From Octopus bimaculoides (Eukaryota): DNA of 64,000 nucleotides. The notes beneath the pieces are model-generated. The model had not been told where the DNA came from. It ran no database searches and saw only the letters and a list, made by a program, of their open reading frames with translations. Positions 58,881-64,000 of this stretch are shown here, piece by piece. The stretch lies in assembly GCF_001194135.2 (NCBI RefSeq), contig NC_069003.1:13444809-13508808 (forward strand), in the 5' to 3' direction. The position numbers and the translations under genes were made by a program. How positions within the stretch are numbered: position 1 is the first letter of the stretch; every line of letters begins with the position of its first letter.

Positions 58881-59086
58881 GTAATTGTAAAACACTAAAG
58901 TTAGTCTTCTTTGTCATCCCCAGCTCTCACCTTTGTCAGTGTAGAGGTGCTGGTTATTGTTGTTGAGGTTCATCTGTTAATTTATCATTGTCCAACGGTC
59001 ACAAATGCAGATACACAAAATCCACTGGTCACTAAATGCCTTAATCTGTGGTCACATACACACACAGTTCATTGGTCACTATCTCC

Positions 59087-59173
<87 letters not shown>

Positions 59174-61393
59174 ACCCATTGATCACCCTAACCCTCAAGC
59201 CTGCTTCCCAATCTCATGCATGCAGGTTCAGTCCCACTGTGTGGCGCCTTGGGCCTTCTGCTATAGCCATGGGCCTATCAAAGCCTTGTGAATAGATTTG
59301 ATAGATGGAAACTGAAAGAAACCTGTTATATATATAAAACCCTCCAAAGTGGTGCCCCAGCATGGTCACAGTCCAGTGACTGAAACAAGTAAAAGGTAAA
59401 AAACTTACTGTGGCTGTGCAGTAAGAAGCTTGCTTCCCAACCACATGGTTCCAGGTTCAGTCCCACTGCGTGGCACCTCGGGCAAGTGTCTTCTACTATA
59501 AGCCTTGGGCCTACCAAAGCCTTGTGAGTGGATTTGGCAGACGGAAACTGAAAGAAGCCTGTCATATATATATATGTGTGTCCTCCCTACCATCATTGCT
59601 TCACAACTGATGTTGGTGTGTTTATGTGGTTCAGCAGAAGAGACCAAAAGAATAAGTACTAGGCTTACAAAAAATAAGTCCTGGGGTTGATTTCTTCAAC
59701 TAAAACCTTTTAAGGTGGTGCTCCAGCATGGCCACAGTCAAATGACTGAAACAAATAAAAGAATAAGTGGTCACTACACATTCNNNNNNNNNNNNNNNNN
59801 NNNNNNNNNNNNNNNNNNNNNNNNNNNNNNNNNNNNNNNNNNNNNNNNNNNNNNNNNNNNNNNNNNNNNNNNNNNNNNNNNNNNNNNNNNNNNNNNNNNN
59901 NNNNNNNNNNNNNNNNNNNNNNNNNNNNNNNNNNNNNNNNNNNNNNNNNNNNNNNNNNNNNNNNNNNNNNNNNNNNNNNNNNNNNNNNNNNNNNNNNNNN
60001 NNNNNNNNNNNNNNNNNNNNNNNNNNNNNNNNNNNNNNNNNNNNNNNNNNNNNNNNNNNNNNNNNNNNNNNNNNNNNNNNNNNNNNNNNNNNNNNNNNNN
60101 NNNNNNNNNNNNNNNNNNNNNNNNNNNNNNNNNNNNNNNNNNNNNNNNNNNNNNNNNNNNNNNNNNNNNNNNNNNNNNNNNNNNNNNNNNNNNNNNNNNN
60201 NNNNNNNNNNNNNNNNNNNNNNNNNNNNNNNNNNNNNNNNNNNNNNNNNNNNNNNNNNNNNNNNNNNNNNNNNNNNNNNNNNNNNNNNNNNNNNNNNNNN
60301 NNNNNNNNNNNNNNNNNNNNNNNNNNNNNNNNNNNNNNNNNNNNNNNNNNNNNNNNNNGAACTTCCCTCTACCACCAATGAATCATTAGGCTACCACCAC
60401 CATCACCACCACCACCACCACCACCACCACCACCACCACCAGCCGCTTCATGAGTTGAGGAAGGGCCTCCATGATCCTCTCTTTCTCTGCAGAGATGTTG
60501 ACCCTCTCTGTGCCCCTCTCTGGCCCTCTCCCTCTATGGAGCAGGTCGTAAACCTTTCACTGCAGGATTTCATTCTTTTATTTTTTTCCTCCCCACTACC
60601 TCTTCACTCATATTTCTTCATCATTGAGATCACAATATTAAATCTTTAAAAAAAACAACTAGAGATGTCTTTGTTGTTTTTTGTTGTTGTTGTTTTTTTT
60701 TTGTTTTTTTACTTTTTGTCTGTTTCTTTGGTTTATCACCAGTGCCATCACCACAATTATCATCATCATCACAAGCACCACCATCATCACAATCACCACC
60801 ACGATTATCATCATCATCACCAACATCACAATCATCATCATTTTGCTGTGGCAAGTGTTACAGTAAATGGCCCGTAAATAGCACCATTTGAGCGTAATCG
60901 TTACCTGCGTTGCTGTCTAGCACTTGTGCTGGTGGCACGTTAGAAAGTCATTCGAGCGAGGTCGTTGTCAGTGCCGTTAGACTGGCTCCCATGCAGGTGG
61001 CACGTAAAAAACACCTTTTTGAGCGTGGCCGTTGCCAGTACCACCTGACTGGCCTTCGTGCTGGTGGCACGTAAAAGCACCCACTTCACTCTCAGAGTGG
61101 TTGGTGTTAGGAAGGGCATCCAGCTGTAGAAACTCTGCCAAATCAGATTGGAGCCTAGTGTAGCCATCTGGTTTCACCAGTCCTCACTCAAATCGTCCAA
61201 CCCATGCTAGCATATCTGTGATTAAGGAGTTTGCTTCCCAACCACATGGTTTTAGGTTCAGTCCCACTATGTGGTACCTTGACCAAGTGTGTTCTGTTAC
61301 AGCCTTGAACCAACTAAATCTTTGTGAGTGAAAACGGTTGGTGGAAACTGAAAGAAGCCCATTGTAATATACATATATATTATATGCAATAAA

Positions 61394-61670
61394 TGAGAGA
61401 AAGAGGAAATGGAATTCATCAGATTCTTTATAACAATGATCATCTGGACAACTGGTTGTGGTACATCCTTTGGCACAGAAGTGTCTTGTCAGGTGGCTTT
61501 ATTGAGCAAAGTACCTTTTAAAAAGTCACTTGATGATACACATCTCCACCAAAGGATGCACCACAACCAGTTGTCTAGAATCTCACCTGCGAGGAACCGA
61601 TACAGGATGGGCTGAAATGATTGTTGTAATTAATAAAGAGTCTTGTGAATTCCATTTCCTCTTTGTCTCA
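61394..61670. repeat. Nested fold-back with an asymmetric ~40-nt extra segment
   Basis: Inner arms 61443-61473 / 61548-61578 match 29/31; outer arms ~61394-61440 / ~61620-61670. Confidence 0.85.
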
Positions 61671-63045
61671 TACGTTATATACTCAACAGACATGGAGGAA
61701 TTCCTGAGGTAAATCCAGTGGCATTGCCAGTACTGCTGGACTGGCTCCTGTGCAGGTGGCATGTAAAGTACACCATTTCGAGCGTGGCCATTGCCAGTAC
61801 CTCCTGACTGGCCTTCGTGCTGGTAGCACGTAAAAGCACCCACTACACTCTCGGAGTGGTTGGCGTTAGGAAGGGCATCCAGCTGTAGAAACTCTGCCAA
61901 ATCAGATTGGAGCCTGATGTAGCCACCTGGTCCACCAGTCCTCAGTCAAATCGTCCAACCCATGCTAGCATGGAAAGCAGACGTTAAATGATGATGATTG
62001 TTGATGACATCAGGTAGTCACAGACAGTCAATGTGCTTTAATCAGCATGCTACCAGATGTATACCCAAGTCTAAAATCACAAAGCCAGCAATGTCAGGAG
62101 AGAGGGGTTAAGTCGATTACATTGACCCTAGTGTTCAACTGGTACATATTTTATCAACCCCAAAAGGATGAAAGGCAAAATCAACTTCAGCAGAATTTGA
62201 ACTCAGAATGTAAAGATGGACAAAATTGCTGCTAGGCATTTTTGCCCAGTGTGCTAACAACTCTGCCAGCTCGATTCCCTGACCACTATTTATACATTAT
62301 ATTTATGTATGCATGTGAGTGTGTTCATTCTTTCTTGTCTTAGCATCATAAACGTGAGGTTGTTCATTTCCAATCTTCCATAAAAACATGTCTGGCCATG
62401 GAGAAATATTATCTTGCTTGGAAGCAAGTGAGGGTTAGCAACAGGAAGGGCATCTGGCTGTAGAAAATCTCAACAATTCCATCTGACACATGCAAGCATA
62501 GAAAAGTGGATGTTAAAACACATACATATCATCGTCATCATCATTTCTTAATTACTTGTTTTAGTCATTAGAATACAGCCATGCTGGGGCGCCACCTTGA
62601 AGACTTTTAGTCAAGCAAATTGACCCCAGTACTTATTCTGTTGATCTCTTTTGCCAAACAGGAACATAAACACTCTAACACCAGTTGTCAAATGGTGGCC
62701 GGGGGAAAAGAGACAGACAGACTCACATATACACAATGGGCTTCTTTCAGTTTCATTCTACCAAATCCATTCACAAGGCTGGCTATATTAGAAGACATTT
62801 GCCCAAGGTTCCATACAGTGGGACTGAACCTGGAATCATGTGAGTGGGAAGCAAACTTCTTACCACACAACCATGCTTGCCCCTGTGTGTGTGTGATGGG
62901 CTGTTTTCAGTTTCCATCTACCAAATCCATCACAAGGCTCGGTCAGCAGGATGCTATAGTAGAAGACGACCAAGGTACCACACAGTGGGACTGAACCTGG
63001 AACCATTATGGCTGGGAAGCAAATTTCTTACCACATAGCCACACT

Positions 63046-63099
<54 letters not shown>

Positions 63100-63697
63100 T
63101 ACATATGATAAGGAAGGCATAATACCAACTTAAATTAATATGGGTATAGGAAATGGAGTCTGACCTTCAGATAAAGTAAACTATGTTGTATCTACAGCAC
63201 AAAAATATTGGAACTATCCCAACTGGTTCACTACATAAAACATACACTAGCACATGGGTACACATGGATTTTTTGCCAATATATATATATGTATGTATAT
63301 ATAGTATGTATGTATATATGTTGAGACATACCAAAGCATATGAGTACAATACGTACTTGAACTGAATCATATAGCTGCACACTTAGATTTTGTACCAGTA
63401 TGTACATATATAAATATACCCTTACACACACACATATATACATATACGCATATATATATATATACATATACATATAAACACATATATACACATACATTCA
63501 TATATATATATATCTAAAACACATATACATATAAACACATATATATACACACACATTCATATATATATATATATATATACATATCTAAAACACATATATA
63601 CATATATAAACACACATATATACACACACATTCATATATATATATATCTAAAACACATATATACATATACATATAAACACATATATATACACACACA

Positions 63698-63729
<32 letters not shown>

Positions 63730-64000
63730 CTGAAACACACAAGCACATGGTACACATACATATTGCAGTGTATATTTGTACACACATTGGTACCGATAAG
63801 CACTGTCATCCGTACAGTTTCACGCAAACACACACACACATTTGATATCCATATACATCCTGACATACTGACACACAGACGAAGCATTTACCGTATCTCA
63901 AGGCTTGGGCAATATTTCATATTTTCATGTCTGTGTTGTCATAAATGCCCTCATCATCATCATCATCATCATCACCAACATCATCAATACCCCCTTCACC

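Overview
Eukaryotic, AT-rich, gap-ridden draft sequence packed with (TA)n/(CT)n/(CA)n/(CAT)n microsatellites and interspersed repeats. The repeat landscape suggests a coleoid cephalopod such as Octopus (inference, not verified). One protein-coding gene is supported: a + strand CHERP orthologue (calcium homeostasis ER protein, a U2-associated splicing factor). I assembled 16 phase-consistent GT-AG exons by hand between 21507 and 58880, covering the CID domain, a Pro/Gly/His low-complexity region, the RS region and the G-patch. The N-terminal SURP exon(s) and probably a last exon are not visible. Mobile DNA includes a DD37D (maT) Tc1/mariner transposase remnant, mariner-, hAT- and piggyBac-type MITEs, several tRNA-derived SINE families and 5'-truncated RTE LINE ends. 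The most unusual signal is a set of type I hammerhead-ribozyme-like motifs (about 1481-1532, 12432-12533, 42228-42268, 44501-44585, plus decayed ones) and many fold-back hairpins. Together they look like relics of Penelope-like/retrozyme-type elements, some on the sense strand of CHERP introns. All structures were paired by eye; none was folded computationally or tested.
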